In this document: positions 1-8,812 of the stretch, one piece after another
Layout: every line of letters begins with the position of its first letter
How positions within the stretch are numbered: position 1 is the stretch's first letter
Origin: Betaproteobacteria bacterium RIFCSPLOWO2_02_FULL_66_14
Lineage (GTDB): Bacteria > Pseudomonadota > Gammaproteobacteria > Burkholderiales > SG8-39
Length of the DNA: 51,022 bases
NCBI GenBank assembly: GCA_001770475.1
Contig: MERB01000002.1
Span: forward strand, 37,008 to 88,029
Direction: 5' to 3'
Position numbers and translations under genes: made by a program
The notes under the pieces: model-generated
Seen by the model: the letters and a program-made list of their open reading frames with translations, nothing else
The model's database searches: none
What the model was told of the DNA's origin: nothing

Positions 1-1
1 C

Positions 2-214
2 GGGAAGGCCGAGGTTTCGCGCGACCTGAACGAGGTACGCGCGCTCGAGGCGGCGCTGCTTCGCTTGGGCGACGGCAGTTATGGCCGGTGCAGCGACTGC
101 GGCGGCGACATCGGTCTCGCGCGCCTGCAAGTCACCCCCGTTGCAGCGCGCTGCATCGACTGCCAGACCCGGCACGAAAAGACCCATGATTACCCGGGAG
201 AGCCACGCCTTTAG
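2..214 (+). CDS. DksA/TraR family C4-type zinc-finger protein, 5'-truncated by the window edge
   Basis: Frame 2 is open from the window start to TAG 212-214. The translation ...YGRCSDCGGDIGLARLQVTPVAARCIDCQTRHEK carries CxxC-N17-CxxC. It is absent from the ORF track because no start codon lies in the window. Confidence 0.7.
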   Translation, partial: GKAEVSRDLNEVRALEAALLRLGDGSYGRCSDCGGDIGLARLQVTPVAARCIDCQTRHEKTHDYPGEPRL

Positions 215-285
215 CGTCCAGGTCGACGTGTCGAGAGGTTTCCTCGGCGCCAAGCGTCGATGGTTGGGGCTGTGGGGAAGGCAGC

Positions 286-522
286 GTGACTTCGAAGTAC
301 GTTTCCAGCCTCAATACGGATCCAAACGGGGTGATTTCGGTCACCTTGCGTGGCATCAGCGGCGCCGTGGATGGAAAGATCGTCACGATGGCGCCGATGA
401 TCGACGCGACAAACCAGGCGACGGCTTCCAATCTCGGAGGGCCGCTGTACGGCTGGCGATGCGGCGGCACCGGGACGACCGTATCGGCGGACATGCTGCC
501 GAGTTCGTGCAGAGGCAATTGA
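286..522 (+). pseudogene. Type IV pilin C-terminal fragment; the N-terminal leader and hydrophobic alpha-helix are missing
   Basis: The 78 aa TSKYVSSLNTDPNGVISVTL...GKIVTMAP...WRCGGTGTTVSADMLPSSCRGN resemble the pilin beta-sheet and the C-terminal disulfide loop (C...C, with LPSSCR at the end). In no frame does the upstream sequence encode an FTLIELMIVVAI-type N-terminus. Confidence 0.55.
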
Positions 523-593
523 AGTGCGACCCGTTCCCTGACCGGGGAAATTGGGATCGCAACGGATTCAGACCGGCATCGCTGCCATTGGAG

Positions 594-876
594 TGGCTCC
601 CCGACCAGGGCTCGAACCTGGGACCTGCGGATTACAGGTACCCCAAGGTTTCCCCTGGGCCTGGACTTTCTCTTGGCCGACCCGCGCAATCGCGGGGACG
701 GTCCGGCGTGTAAAGTCTCTGCACTTGCCCGGTGGCTTGGCCACCTGCTAGCTCAGGATTGCCCTAGACCGCAAGGTCCTTAGGTTTCCCTGACTTAGCG
801 CCGTTTTCACCACCACGTTTCCATGGCGGGCTGCCTACTTGACAGTCCGTCGCTCTACCAACTGAGCTATCGGGGA
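594..876 (-). tRNA. tRNA-Asn(GUU) interrupted by a group I intron; exon 1 is 876..842, exon 2 is 634..594, CCA is encoded
   Basis: The joined exons give the 76-nt sequence TCCCCGATAGCTCAGTTGGTAGAGCGACGGACTGT+TAATCCGCAGGTCCCAGGTTCGAGCCCTGGTCGGGGAGCCA. This folds as a full cloverleaf with anticodon loop CUGUUAA and discriminator G. It is colinear with E. coli tRNA-Asn. There is one A27:C43 mismatch. Confidence 0.85.
635..841 (-). mobile_element. Group I intron, 207 nt, similar in size and motifs to the Azoarcus tRNA-Ile intron, inserted between anticodon nt 35 and 36
   Basis: Helices drawn by hand: P1 is exon CUGU paired to intron GCAG, with a U-G wobble at the 5' splice site. P2 is CCGCCAUG-GAAA-CGUGGUGG; P3 is CGGCG/CGCCG; P4 is GCUA/UAGC; P5 is UCAGG/CCUGA; P6 is GGUGG-CCAAG-CCACC; P7 is GACUUU/AAAGUC; P8 is CCCGCG-AUUG-CGCGGG; P9 is CCCAGGG-GAAA-CCUUGGG. 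The intron ends in G. Motifs GAAACCUAAG and AGAGACU also occur in the Azoarcus ribozyme. Confidence 0.8.
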
Positions 877-1299
877 TCGGATTTCATACTGCCGTGCCCA
901 TCGAATTCCCTTCACCTGCCGGTTCGCGGGCCGCGTCAGTCGCAACTTCGCCTCCCTTACGAGAGGCAAGTTGGCGAGCGGGATTATATAGGTGCAACCG
1001 TTGTCCGGGCAAAAGATGCCGAAGGCGTCCACCTCGCCACGGTAATCCCGGCGTTTGCCGCCACGATGGTACTGGGACGAGGCGACGGGGAACACGACGG
1101 CCACGTTTCTAATTCGCCCGGTCTTGCACTGCACACGCGAAAATACGCCGCCTTCTTCGACGACAGGGTCGTAGCGCGCGTTGTCTCCGAACGGCAGCAT
1201 CACCTTGACGCCGCGCTCGAGCAACGCAGCCATGATCTGAGACTGGGAAACATCCCCGACCCATTTGCTGTTGTTGCGATTCCGGTTGGAAGTGCGCAT
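835..1299 (-). CDS. Small PD-(D/E)XK endonuclease, similar to the intron homing endonuclease I-Ssp6803I, free-standing
   Basis: The track ORF is 835..1308 and an ATG lies at 1299. The segments GDVSQSQIMAALLERGVKVMLPFGDNARYDPVVEEGGVFSRVQCKTG and DAFGIFCPDNGCTYIIP...LRLTRPANRQVKGIRWARQYEI match my recollection of this family. The last 14 codons and the TAG at 835-837 overlap tRNA exon 1 and the first intron nucleotides. Confidence 0.6.
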   Translation of the reverse strand: MRTSNRNRNNSKWVGDVSQSQIMAALLERGVKVMLPFGDNARYDPVVEEGGVFSRVQCKTGRIRNVAVVFPVASSQYHRGGKRRDYRGEVDAFGIFCPDNGCTYIIPLANLPLVREAKLRLTRPANRQVKGIRWARQYEIRSPIAQLVERRTVK

Positions 1300-1323
1300 C
1301 AGGAGCAAGGTGTGAAGACAGCT

Positions 1324-2544
1324 TCAGGACCTGATCACCTTCGCGATCGCCTCGCTGACGTAATCGACGTTGCCGCGGTTCAGTGCCGCGACGCAGATGC
1401 GGCCGCTGTCGATTGCGTAGATGGAAGACTCCTCGCGCAGCCGAGCAACCTGATCCCTGGTCAATCCGGAATACGAAAACATTCCTCTTTGGCGGAGGAT
1501 GAACGCGAAATCCGCATCCGGCGCCCGCCGCTGGATGCCCTCGAGCAGCGCCTGGCGCATGGCCTTGATGCGTTCACGCATCGCGGCGAGTTCCTGCTCC
1601 CACAGCGCGCGAAGTTCCGGCGTCGAAAGCACCGTCGCGACGATCTGCCCCCCCAGCGTCGGCGGATTCGAGTAATTGGCGCGGATCGTCCGTTTCAGCT
1701 GGCTGAGCACGCGCGCCGATTCCTCGCTGCCGGTAGTGACGACGCTCAACGCTCCGACCCGCTCTCCATACAGCGAGAACGACTTGGAATACGAACTGGA
1801 CACGAAAAGCGGCGAATACTCCGTGGAAAAGAGCCGTACCGGGACGCCGTCGGCATCGATGCCGTCGCCGAATCCCTGGTAGGCGATGTCGAGAAACGGA
1901 ATGAGCGCCCGCTCGCGCACGGCTTGCAGCACCTGCCGCCATTGATCCGCCGTGAGATCGGCGCCCGTGGGATTGTGGCAGCAGGCATGCAGCACGACGA
2001 TCGCGCCGGCGGGCATCGACTGCAGGCCCTTCAGCATGGCGCCGAATTCGACCCCCCTGGTGGCCGCATCGTAATAGGGGTAGCTCTCGACCGTGAACCC
2101 CGCGCTCTCGAAGAGCGCGCGGTGGTTTTCCCAGCTCGGATCGCTGATCCAGACCTTCGCCTCGGGCGCCATGCGCCGGAGAAAATCGGCACCGATCTTC
2201 AGACCGCCCGTTCCGCCGAGCGCCTGCACGGTCACCACCCGCCCGTCGCGGACCGCCGTCGATTCCGCGCCGAACAGCAATTGCATCACGGCGCGGTCGT
2301 ACGCCTGCAATCCGTCGATCGGCAGGTAGGCGTGCGGCGCGCCCCTGGCGAGGTGCGCCTGCTCGGCGCGGCGCACGCATTCGAGCAGCGGCACTTTGCC
2401 GTTCTCGTCGTAATAAACGCCGACGCCGAGATTGACCTTGCGCGGGTTCGCGTCGGCGTTGAACGCCTCGGTGACACCGAGAATCGGATCCTTCGGTGCC
2501 ATCGGAACGGAGGCGAGCGGGGAGGGCGGCTGCGGCTGGTTCAT
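1324..2544 (-). CDS. Aspartate/aromatic amino acid aminotransferase (class I, AspC/TyrB type)
   Basis: The N-terminus reads [41 protein letters not shown]-lysine motif [14 protein letters not shown] is present. Length is 406 aa; an alternative start lies at 2502. Confidence 0.9.
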   Translation of the reverse strand: MNQPQPPSPLASVPMAPKDPILGVTEAFNADANPRKVNLGVGVYYDENGKVPLLECVRRAEQAHLARGAPHAYLPIDGLQAYDRAVMQLLFGAESTAVRDGRVVTVQALGGTGGLKIGADFLRRMAPEAKVWISDPSWENHRALFESAGFTVESYPYYDAATRGVEFGAMLKGLQSMPAGAIVVLHACCHNPTGADLTADQWRQVLQAVRERALIPFLDIAYQGFGDGIDADGVPVRLFSTEYSPLFVSSSYSKSFSLYGERVGALSVVTTGSEESARVLSQLKRTIRANYSNPPTLGGQIVATVLSTPELRALWEQELAAMRERIKAMRQALLEGIQRRAPDADFAFILRQRGMFSYSGLTRDQVARLREESSIYAIDSGRICVAALNRGNVDYVSEAIAKVIRS

Positions 2545-2582
2545 CGTGTAGACTCAATCGTTTCTTCGCTGCGATTCTACCC

Positions 2583-4613
2583 GTGCTCGCCGCGTCTCCC
2601 CAAAATCCGTTCCGGCTGCACCAGCCGTTTCCGCCCGCCGGAGATCAACCCGAGGCGATCGCGAAGCTCGCGGGCGGAATCGAGGACGGGCTCTCGTTCC
2701 AGACGCTGCTGGGAGTGACCGGTTCGGGCAAGACCTACACGCTCGCGAACGTGATCGCGCGCCTGGGGCGCCCGGCGCTGGTGCTCGCGCCGAACAAGAC
2801 GCTCGCGGCGCAGCTCTACGCCGAGTTCCGCGGGTTCTTTCCGCAGAACGCGGTCGAATATTTCGTCTCCTACTACGACTACTACCAGCCCGAGGCCTAC
2901 GTCCCGGCTCGCGACCTGTACATCGAAAAGGACAGCTCGATCAACGAGCACATCGAGCAGATGCGCCTGTCGGCGACCAAGTCGCTCATGGAGCGGCGCG
3001 ACGTGGTGATCGTGGCGACGGTGTCGGCGATCTACGGCATCGGCGATCCCTCCGAATACCACGGCATGATCCTGCATCTGCGCCAGGGCGAACGGCTCGC
3101 CCGGCGCGAGCTGATCGCGCGACTGGTCGCGATGCAGTACGAGCGCAACGACCTGGATTTCCGCCGCGGCACGTTTCGGGTCCGCGGCGAGGTGATCGAC
3201 GTATTTCCGGCGGAGCACGCCGAGCACGCCGTGCGCATCACGCTGTTCGACGACGAGATCGAGCAGTTGCAGATGTTCGACCCGCTCACCGGACGGGTGC
3301 TGCATCCGATCGTGCGCTTCACGGTGTACCCCTCGAGCCACTACGTGACGCCGCGCGAGACGACATTGCGGGCGATCGAGGCGATCAAGGCCGAGCTGCG
3401 CGAGCGCATCGAGTTCTTCCAGCGGGAGGGCAAGCTGGTGGAGGCGCAGCGCATCGAGCAACGCACGCGCTTCGACCTGGAAATGCTCGCCGAACTGGGG
3501 TTCTGCAAGGGCATCGAAAACTACTCGCGCCACCTGTCGGGCCGAAAGCCGGGCGAGCCGCCGCCGACGCTGGTCGATTACCTGGCGCCGGACGCGCTCA
3601 TGATCATCGACGAGAGCCACGTCACCATCGGGCAGCTGGGCGGCATGTTCCGCGGCGACCGGTCGCGCAAGGAAAACCTGGTCGACTACGGCTTTCGCCT
3701 GCCTTCGGCGCTGGACAACCGGCCGCTGCGGTTCGACGAGTTCGAATGCATGCTGCGCCAGACGGTGTTCGTTTCGGCGACGCCCGCGGATTACGAGCTG
3801 AAACGCTCGGCGCAGGTGGTCGAGCAGGTGGTACGTCCGACTGGACTCGTCGACCCGCAGGTGACGGTCAAGCCCGCGGCGACCCAGGTCGACGACCTGA
3901 TGTCGGAGATCGCGCTGCGCGTGAAATTGAACGAGCGGGTGCTCGTGACCACGCTCACCAAGCGGATGGCCGAGGAACTGACCGAGTACCTGGCCGAGCA
4001 CGGGGTGCGGGTTCGCTACCTGCACTCCGAGATCGATACCGTGGAGCGCGTGGAAATCATCCGCGACCTGAGGCTCGGGGAATTCGACGTCCTGGTCGGG
4101 ATCAACCTGTTGCGCGAGGGTCTGGATCTGCCGGAGGTGTCATTGGTGGCGATCCTCGACGCGGACAAGGAAGGGTTCCTGCGTTCGGCGCGCTCGCTCA
4201 TCCAGACCATGGGCCGCGCCGCGCGTCACCTGAGCGGCAGCGCGATCCTGTACGCGGACGTGGTCACCGACTCGATGCGGCGCGCGATCGACGAGACCGG
4301 GCGACGCCGCGCGAAACAGGTCGCCTACAACGCCGCGAACGCGATTACGCCGACCGGTGTCACCAAGCGGATCAAGGACCTGATCGACGGCGTGTACGAC
4401 GCCGGGCAGGCGAGCGCCGACCGGCGTGCAGCGCAGGACGTGGCGCGCTATGAGACGATGAGCGAGCGGCAGGTCGCGCGCGAACTGCGGCAACTCGAGA
4501 AGCAGATGCTCGAAAGCGCGCGCAACCTGGAATTCGAGAAGGCGGCGCAGATGCGTGACCGCCTCGCCGAGCTCAAGAAACGCGTCTTCGGCGTCGCTCT
4601 GGCGTCGGACTAG
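2583..4613 (+). CDS. uvrB: Excinuclease ABC subunit B
   Basis: [28 protein letters not shown] (Walker A), a helicase core and a C-terminal UVR domain ([14 protein letters not shown]) are present. The start is placed at the in-frame GTG 2583, because the longer track ORF would overlap the divergent gene. Confidence 0.93.
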   Translation: MLAASPQNPFRLHQPFPPAGDQPEAIAKLAGGIEDGLSFQTLLGVTGSGKTYTLANVIARLGRPALVLAPNKTLAAQLYAEFRGFFPQNAVEYFVSYYDYYQPEAYVPARDLYIEKDSSINEHIEQMRLSATKSLMERRDVVIVATVSAIYGIGDPSEYHGMILHLRQGERLARRELIARLVAMQYERNDLDFRRGTFRVRGEVIDVFPAEHAEHAVRITLFDDEIEQLQMFDPLTGRVLHPIVRFTVYPSSHYVTPRETTLRAIEAIKAELRERIEFFQREGKLVEAQRIEQRTRFDLEMLAELGFCKGIENYSRHLSGRKPGEPPPTLVDYLAPDALMIIDESHVTIGQLGGMFRGDRSRKENLVDYGFRLPSALDNRPLRFDEFECMLRQTVFVSATPADYELKRSAQVVEQVVRPTGLVDPQVTVKPAATQVDDLMSEIALRVKLNERVLVTTLTKRMAEELTEYLAEHGVRVRYLHSEIDTVERVEIIRDLRLGEFDVLVGINLLREGLDLPEVSLVAILDADKEGFLRSARSLIQTMGRAARHLSGSAILYADVVTDSMRRAIDETGRRRAKQVAYNAANAITPTGVTKRIKDLIDGVYDAGQASADRRAAQDVARYETMSERQVARELRQLEKQMLESARNLEFEKAAQMRDRLAELKKRVFGVALASD

Positions 4614-4666
4614 CGTGCTGGGTCACAAGTTCGGATACGAATATTCCGCGTGTTGTCCGATCTCGT

Positions 4667-4699
4667 GATTCCCCGCGCCGCTCGCCGTCGCGGGGAATC
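4667..4699. terminator. Inverted repeat (11-bp stem) in the uvrB/rne convergent spacer
   Basis: GATTCCCCGCG-N11-CGCGGGGAATC. No U-tract follows on either strand. Confidence 0.3.
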
Positions 4700-4763
4700 A
4701 TGAGACACCGAAGCGGTCGTCGGACACGAACCTGGCCCACCGCGCACCGCCGTCGTTGCCCTG

Positions 4764-4800
4764 TCTCGGGACTTCGGCAATACCGGCCGAAGTCCCGAGA
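4764..4800. repeat. Perfect 15-bp-stem palindrome, REP-like
   Basis: TCTCGGGACTTCGGC-N7-GCCGAAGTCCCGAGA. It shares a GACTTCG/CGAAGTC core with the hairpins at 14904 and 32876. Confidence 0.4.
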
Positions 4801-4849
4801 TCGAAGAAAACCATCACGGAATTCGGACCCGGCACACCAGCGCTCTGCT

Positions 4850-4872
4850 CCGGGCGCGCGCCGCGCGCCCGG
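4850..4872 (-). terminator. GC-rich hairpin immediately 3' of the rne stop codon
   Basis: CCGGGCGCGC-GCC-GCGCGCCCGG lies 3 nt beyond the rne stop (4876-4878). No U-tract follows. Confidence 0.3.
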
Positions 4873-4875
4873 GGA

Positions 4876-7602
4876 TTACTTGTGCGTTTCGATCTGGACC
4901 AGCGCCTCGTCTGCGGACGGTTTCGGGCGCTCCCTGCGCGGGCGTCCAAGGTGCACCGGTTCTTCCTCGACGACGGCCGCCTGCGTGGTCCCTACGCGAG
5001 TCTCGATGATTTGCAGGCCCGCGCTTGCGACGTAGGCCTTCGGGTCAAAGCGCTTCGTCGTATCGGCGTGCGCGGTTTCGACCACCACTGACGCGATCGC
5101 GGGCTCCGGCTCGAGTACGGGCGAGGGCGCCGGAACCGTCTCCGGCGCGGTCGCCGCCATCTCTTCCGCAACTGCTGGCGGCGGCGCGATCAACGAGGCA
5201 ATGAAGGGTGCAGCGGGCTCTTCCCGTGGCTCGGCAGCCGCAACCGGCTCGACCTGAGGGGCGGGCGCCGCAACGGGTACCGGTGCCTCAACGTTGGGCG
5301 CCAACTGATCGATGAGTTCGGCCTGGACCGGCGAACTCGGCACTGCGGACATGGCCTCCTCTGGCATCAATTCCGTCTGCATCGGCAGACCTGGCGAGGC
5401 GGTCGCTGCAACACCTTCCGGTTTCGCGCCCGGATCCCGGCCGCGATCCCGATGACGGTTGCGCCCACGGCGTCCGCGGCGCTGCCCATCGCCTTCCGCC
5501 TGCGCCTGCACGGAAGCATCGCCCCGGACTTCAGGGCGCGGCGGAGTCGCCGCGGGTTGCGGCGACTGCGGACGCGGCGGACGTTGATCCGGACGACGGT
5601 CTCCGGCCGGTCTCGGTTGTCCGCCCTGGCCTTGAGCCCCCTGCCTTTGGGGCTGGTCGCGACGGTCCGTGCGATCCTGGCCTGCGGGGCGATCCGGTCG
5701 GCCCCGATGCGATTCATGCTGTCGATCGCGCGGTCGCCGGTCATGCCGGTCGCGCTGCGATGACCGCGAACGATCCGCGGGTCGAGAAACCGGGGTTGCG
5801 ACTGCCGACGGCTGGTTGGACGCCGCAGCCGATTTCGCGGGTACCTCGGACTTGAACCAGCCAAGGATCCGGCTGATCAGTCCGCCAGGCGCCGCTTCCG
5901 CGACCGGTTGCGGTAACGGCACCGGTTGCGCCGGCGCGATGGCGCGCGCTTCCTGCACCACCGGGGCCGGCTGCGCGGGAGTGATGCCCTTTACCGCGGC
6001 TTCCTGCCGCTCGCGGCGCTGATCACCGGCTTCTCCGACGGGTGCGGTTTCCTCGGGCCGTTCGACCAGTTCATAGCTCGCCGGCACGTGCTCCATCCGG
6101 TTCAGTTCGTCGTGCTTCAGTCGCTGGACCTTGTAATGCGGCGTCTCGAGATGCGAGTTCGGTACGAGCACCACGTTCACTTTCAGGCGTGCTTCCAGGC
6201 TCTGGATTTCGCTGCGTTTTTCGTTCAGCAGGAACGACGCGACGTCGACGGGCACCTGCGCGTGCACCGCGCCGGTGTTGTCCTTCATTGCCTCCTCCTG
6301 CAGGATGCGCAGGACGTGCAGCGCCGTGGATTCGGTGCCGCGGATGAATCCGGTACCGCCGCAGCGCGGGCAACTCGTGTGCGCAGTCTCCTCGAGCGAC
6401 GGCCGAAGCCGCTGCCGCGACAGCTCGAGCAGGCCGAAGCGGGAGATCTTGCCCGTCTGCACCCGCGCGCGGTCGAAGCGCAGTGCCTCGCGAAGCCGGT
6501 TCTCTACATCGCGCTGGTTGCGCGGCGATTCCATGTCGATGAAGTCGATCACGATCAGTCCGCCGAGGTCGCGCAACCGCAACTGGCGCGCGATTTCGTC
6601 AGCCGCCTCGAGGTTGGTGCGAAGCGCGGTTTCCTCGATGTCGCTGCCGCGGGTCGATCGCGCCGAGTTGACGTCGATCGCTACCATGGCCTCGGTGTGA
6701 TCGATGACGACCGCGCCGCCGGAAGGCAGGTTGACGTGCCGCGCGTAGGCACTTTCGATCTGGTGCTCGATCTGGAAGCGCGAGAACAGCGGCACGTCGT
6801 CGCGGTACAGCTTGACCTTGTTGACCGTAGCCGGCATCACCGTCTGCATGAACGCGCGCGCCTGGTCGTAGATGTCCTGCGTGTCGATCAGGATCTCGCC
6901 GATGTCGGGCTGCAGGTAATCGCGGATGGCGCGGATCACCAGGCTCGATTCGAGGTAGATGAGGAACGGACGCGGAACATAGCGGCCGTCGGCCCCCGGG
7001 GTTCGGTCGGCCGCAGCGCCTTCGATCGCCTGCCACAACTGCATCAGGTAGCCGAGGTCCCACTGCAGTTCCTCCAGCGTCCGCCCGATCGCGGCGGTGC
7101 GCGCGATCACGCTCATGCCCTCGGGGACCTGCAGCTGCTCGACGGTGTCGCGCAGTTCGTTGCGCTCGTCGCCCTCGATGCGGCGTGAAACCCCGCCGCC
7201 GCGAGGGTTGTTCGGCATCAGGACGAGATGGCGGCCGGCGAGGCTGATGAACGTGGTGAGGGCAGCGCCCTTGTTGCCGCGTTCGTCCTTCTCCACCTGG
7301 ACGATCAGTTCCTGGCCTTCGCGGAGCGCGTCCTGGATGCGCGCGCGCCCGGGGTCGGTGTCGGTGCGGAAGTAGCTGCGCGCCACCTCCTTGAACGGCA
7401 GGAACCCGTGCCGCTCCTCGCCGTAATCGACGAATGCGGCTTCGAGACTTGGCTCGATGCGGGTGATGATGCCTCGGTAGATGTTGCCTTTGCGTTGTTC
7501 CCTGGATGCCGATTCGATGTCGAGGTCGACGAGCTTTTGCCCTTCGACGATGGCGACGCGCAGTTCTTCCTGTTGCGTCGCGTTGAAAAGCATGCGCTTC
7601 AC
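4876..7602 (-). CDS. rne: Ribonuclease E
   Basis: The N-terminus [30 protein letters not shown] is nearly colinear with E. coli Rne. A long Arg/Pro-rich C-terminal scaffold follows. The start codon is GTG. Confidence 0.96.
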   Translation of the reverse strand: MKRMLFNATQQEELRVAIVEGQKLVDLDIESASREQRKGNIYRGIITRIEPSLEAAFVDYGEERHGFLPFKEVARSYFRTDTDPGRARIQDALREGQELIVQVEKDERGNKGAALTTFISLAGRHLVLMPNNPRGGGVSRRIEGDERNELRDTVEQLQVPEGMSVIARTAAIGRTLEELQWDLGYLMQLWQAIEGAAADRTPGADGRYVPRPFLIYLESSLVIRAIRDYLQPDIGEILIDTQDIYDQARAFMQTVMPATVNKVKLYRDDVPLFSRFQIEHQIESAYARHVNLPSGGAVVIDHTEAMVAIDVNSARSTRGSDIEETALRTNLEAADEIARQLRLRDLGGLIVIDFIDMESPRNQRDVENRLREALRFDRARVQTGKISRFGLLELSRQRLRPSLEETAHTSCPRCGGTGFIRGTESTALHVLRILQEEAMKDNTGAVHAQVPVDVASFLLNEKRSEIQSLEARLKVNVVLVPNSHLETPHYKVQRLKHDELNRMEHVPASYELVERPEETAPVGEAGDQRRERQEAAVKGITPAQPAPVVQEARAIAPAQPVPLPQPVAEAAPGGLISRILGWFKSEVPAKSAAASNQPSAVATPVSRPADRSRSSQRDRHDRRPRDRQHESHRGRPDRPAGQDRTDRRDQPQRQGAQGQGGQPRPAGDRRPDQRPPRPQSPQPAATPPRPEVRGDASVQAQAEGDGQRRGRRGRNRHRDRGRDPGAKPEGVAATASPGLPMQTELMPEEAMSAVPSSPVQAELIDQLAPNVEAPVPVAAPAPQVEPVAAAEPREEPAAPFIASLIAPPPAVAEEMAATAPETVPAPSPVLEPEPAIASVVVETAHADTTKRFDPKAYVASAGLQIIETRVGTTQAAVVEEEPVHLGRPRRERPKPSADEALVQIETHK

Positions 7603-7609
7603 TGCTTGT

Positions 7610-7629
7610 TCTCCTGCGCGCGCAGGAGA
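7610..7629 (-). promoter_or_regulatory. 20-nt perfect palindrome in the rne leader that contains the Shine-Dalgarno sequence
   Basis: UCUCCUGCGCGCGCAGGAGA; the AGGAGA lies 7 nt upstream of the GTG start and can pair with the UCUCCU arm. Confidence 0.45.
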
Positions 7630-7873
7630 CCCTGTATGCGGTCGGTCAGTGCTCTCCCAATGGCTGATTGGTCAACAAGAAAGCCGCCAGTCTCTACGCG
7701 CGGATGACTACAGTAAGATCGCTACTTGCGGTGAGCGAGATTAACCACTGCTTCTGGCCCGGCCCTTGCCGGACAGGAGGCGGGTGGCAGGTTCCGGCGC
7801 GGGGCTTTCGCACACCGCGTCTTGGGGTTCCTGGGCCTCGCGACTCGAAGCAGACCGCCGGATCATACGCATA

Positions 7874-8812
7874 ATGAAAGAGTTACGCAACGCGAGCCTG
7901 CTCGAAGTCGACGCCGAAAGCGCGGCGCAGCGAGTCGACAATTTCCTGCTGCGGCATCTGAAGGGCGTGCCGAAGAGCCACGTTTACCGCGTACTTCGCA
8001 GCGGCCAGGTGCGCGTCAACAGCGGCCGCGTGAAACCGGATTACCGTCTCAAGGCGGGCGATCGCGTGCGCCTGCCGCCGTTGCGGCTTCCGGCGCCGTC
8101 GCAGCGTCCGGCCGCCCGCCCGCTGGCGCTGCCGGTCGTGTTCGAGGACGCGGCGCTGCTCGTCATCGACAAACCCTCGGGGGTCGCGGTGCACGGCGGC
8201 AGCGGCGTGAGTTTCGGCGTGATCGAATCGCTGCGGGTGTCGCGGCCGCAGGCGAAGTTCCTCGAACTCGCGCACCGTCTCGACCGCGACACGTCCGGCC
8301 TGCTGGTGATCGCGAAAAGGCGCAGCGCGCTGGTCGAGCTGCACCGCATGCTGCGCGAGGGCGAAATGGAAAAGACCTACGTCGCGGCCGTGCGCGGGCG
8401 CTGGCGCGGGGGTGCGCGCGATCTGGACCAGCCGCTGCACAAGCACGTGACGGCGGGCGGTGAGCGGCGGGTGAGCGTGCACGACGACGGAATGCGCGCG
8501 CTCACCCGGGTGCGGCCGCTTGCCGTGTCCGAACGCTTCAGCCTGCTCGAAGTGAGGCTGCTCACTGGAAGGACGCATCAGATTCGCGTTCACCTGGCGC
8601 ACGCGGGGCATCCCGTGATCGGCGACGACAAGTACGGGGACTTCGAGCTGAACCGCACGCTCGCCAAGGAAAAAGGCGCCCGCCTCATGCTGCATGCGCA
8701 TCAACTCGCGTTCGCGCACCCGGTGACGAAGTCGCGCGTCGCGCTCGAAGCGCCCTGGCCGGACCCGCTGCGTTCGTTTTTCGATCGAGTCACTCCGTCG
8801 CATGCGCGCTGA
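7874..8812 (+). CDS. rluC: 23S rRNA pseudouridine synthase, RluC type
   Basis: It has an S4-like N-terminus (RVDNFLLRHLKGVPKSHVYRVLRSGQVRVN) and the RluA-family motif HRLDRDTSGLLV. It is divergent from rne, as in E. coli. The ATG is at 7874. Confidence 0.9.
   Translation: MKELRNASLLEVDAESAAQRVDNFLLRHLKGVPKSHVYRVLRSGQVRVNSGRVKPDYRLKAGDRVRLPPLRLPAPSQRPAARPLALPVVFEDAALLVIDKPSGVAVHGGSGVSFGVIESLRVSRPQAKFLELAHRLDRDTSGLLVIAKRRSALVELHRMLREGEMEKTYVAAVRGRWRGGARDLDQPLHKHVTAGGERRVSVHDDGMRALTRVRPLAVSERFSLLEVRLLTGRTHQIRVHLAHAGHPVIGDDKYGDFELNRTLAKEKGARLMLHAHQLAFAHPVTKSRVALEAPWPDPLRSFFDRVTPSHAR

Noticed and set aside
286-522. The pilin fragment as part of a pilS-like array of silent cassettes.
   Set aside because: Only a single copy is visible in this window, so an array cannot be claimed. 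It is reported only as a remnant or possible single cassette.
594-876. The 283-nt tRNA-like element could be a tmRNA or a tRNA pseudogene with an insertion.
   Set aside because: The two halves rebuild a complete tRNA including the anticodon arm, which tmRNA lacks. No tag reading frame or resume codon is present. The insert has every group I core helix, with a U-G 5' splice site and a terminal G.
2545-2582. A LexA/SOS box upstream of uvrB, and similarly upstream of uvrC at 30369-30421.
   Set aside because: No CTGT-N8-ACAG-type palindrome is present in either spacer.
823-2718. A 631-aa plus-strand ORF.
   Set aside because: It is antisense to the clearly recognisable aminotransferase and endonuclease genes. 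It is Arg/Ala-rich with no motifs, which is typical of spurious open frames in high-GC DNA.
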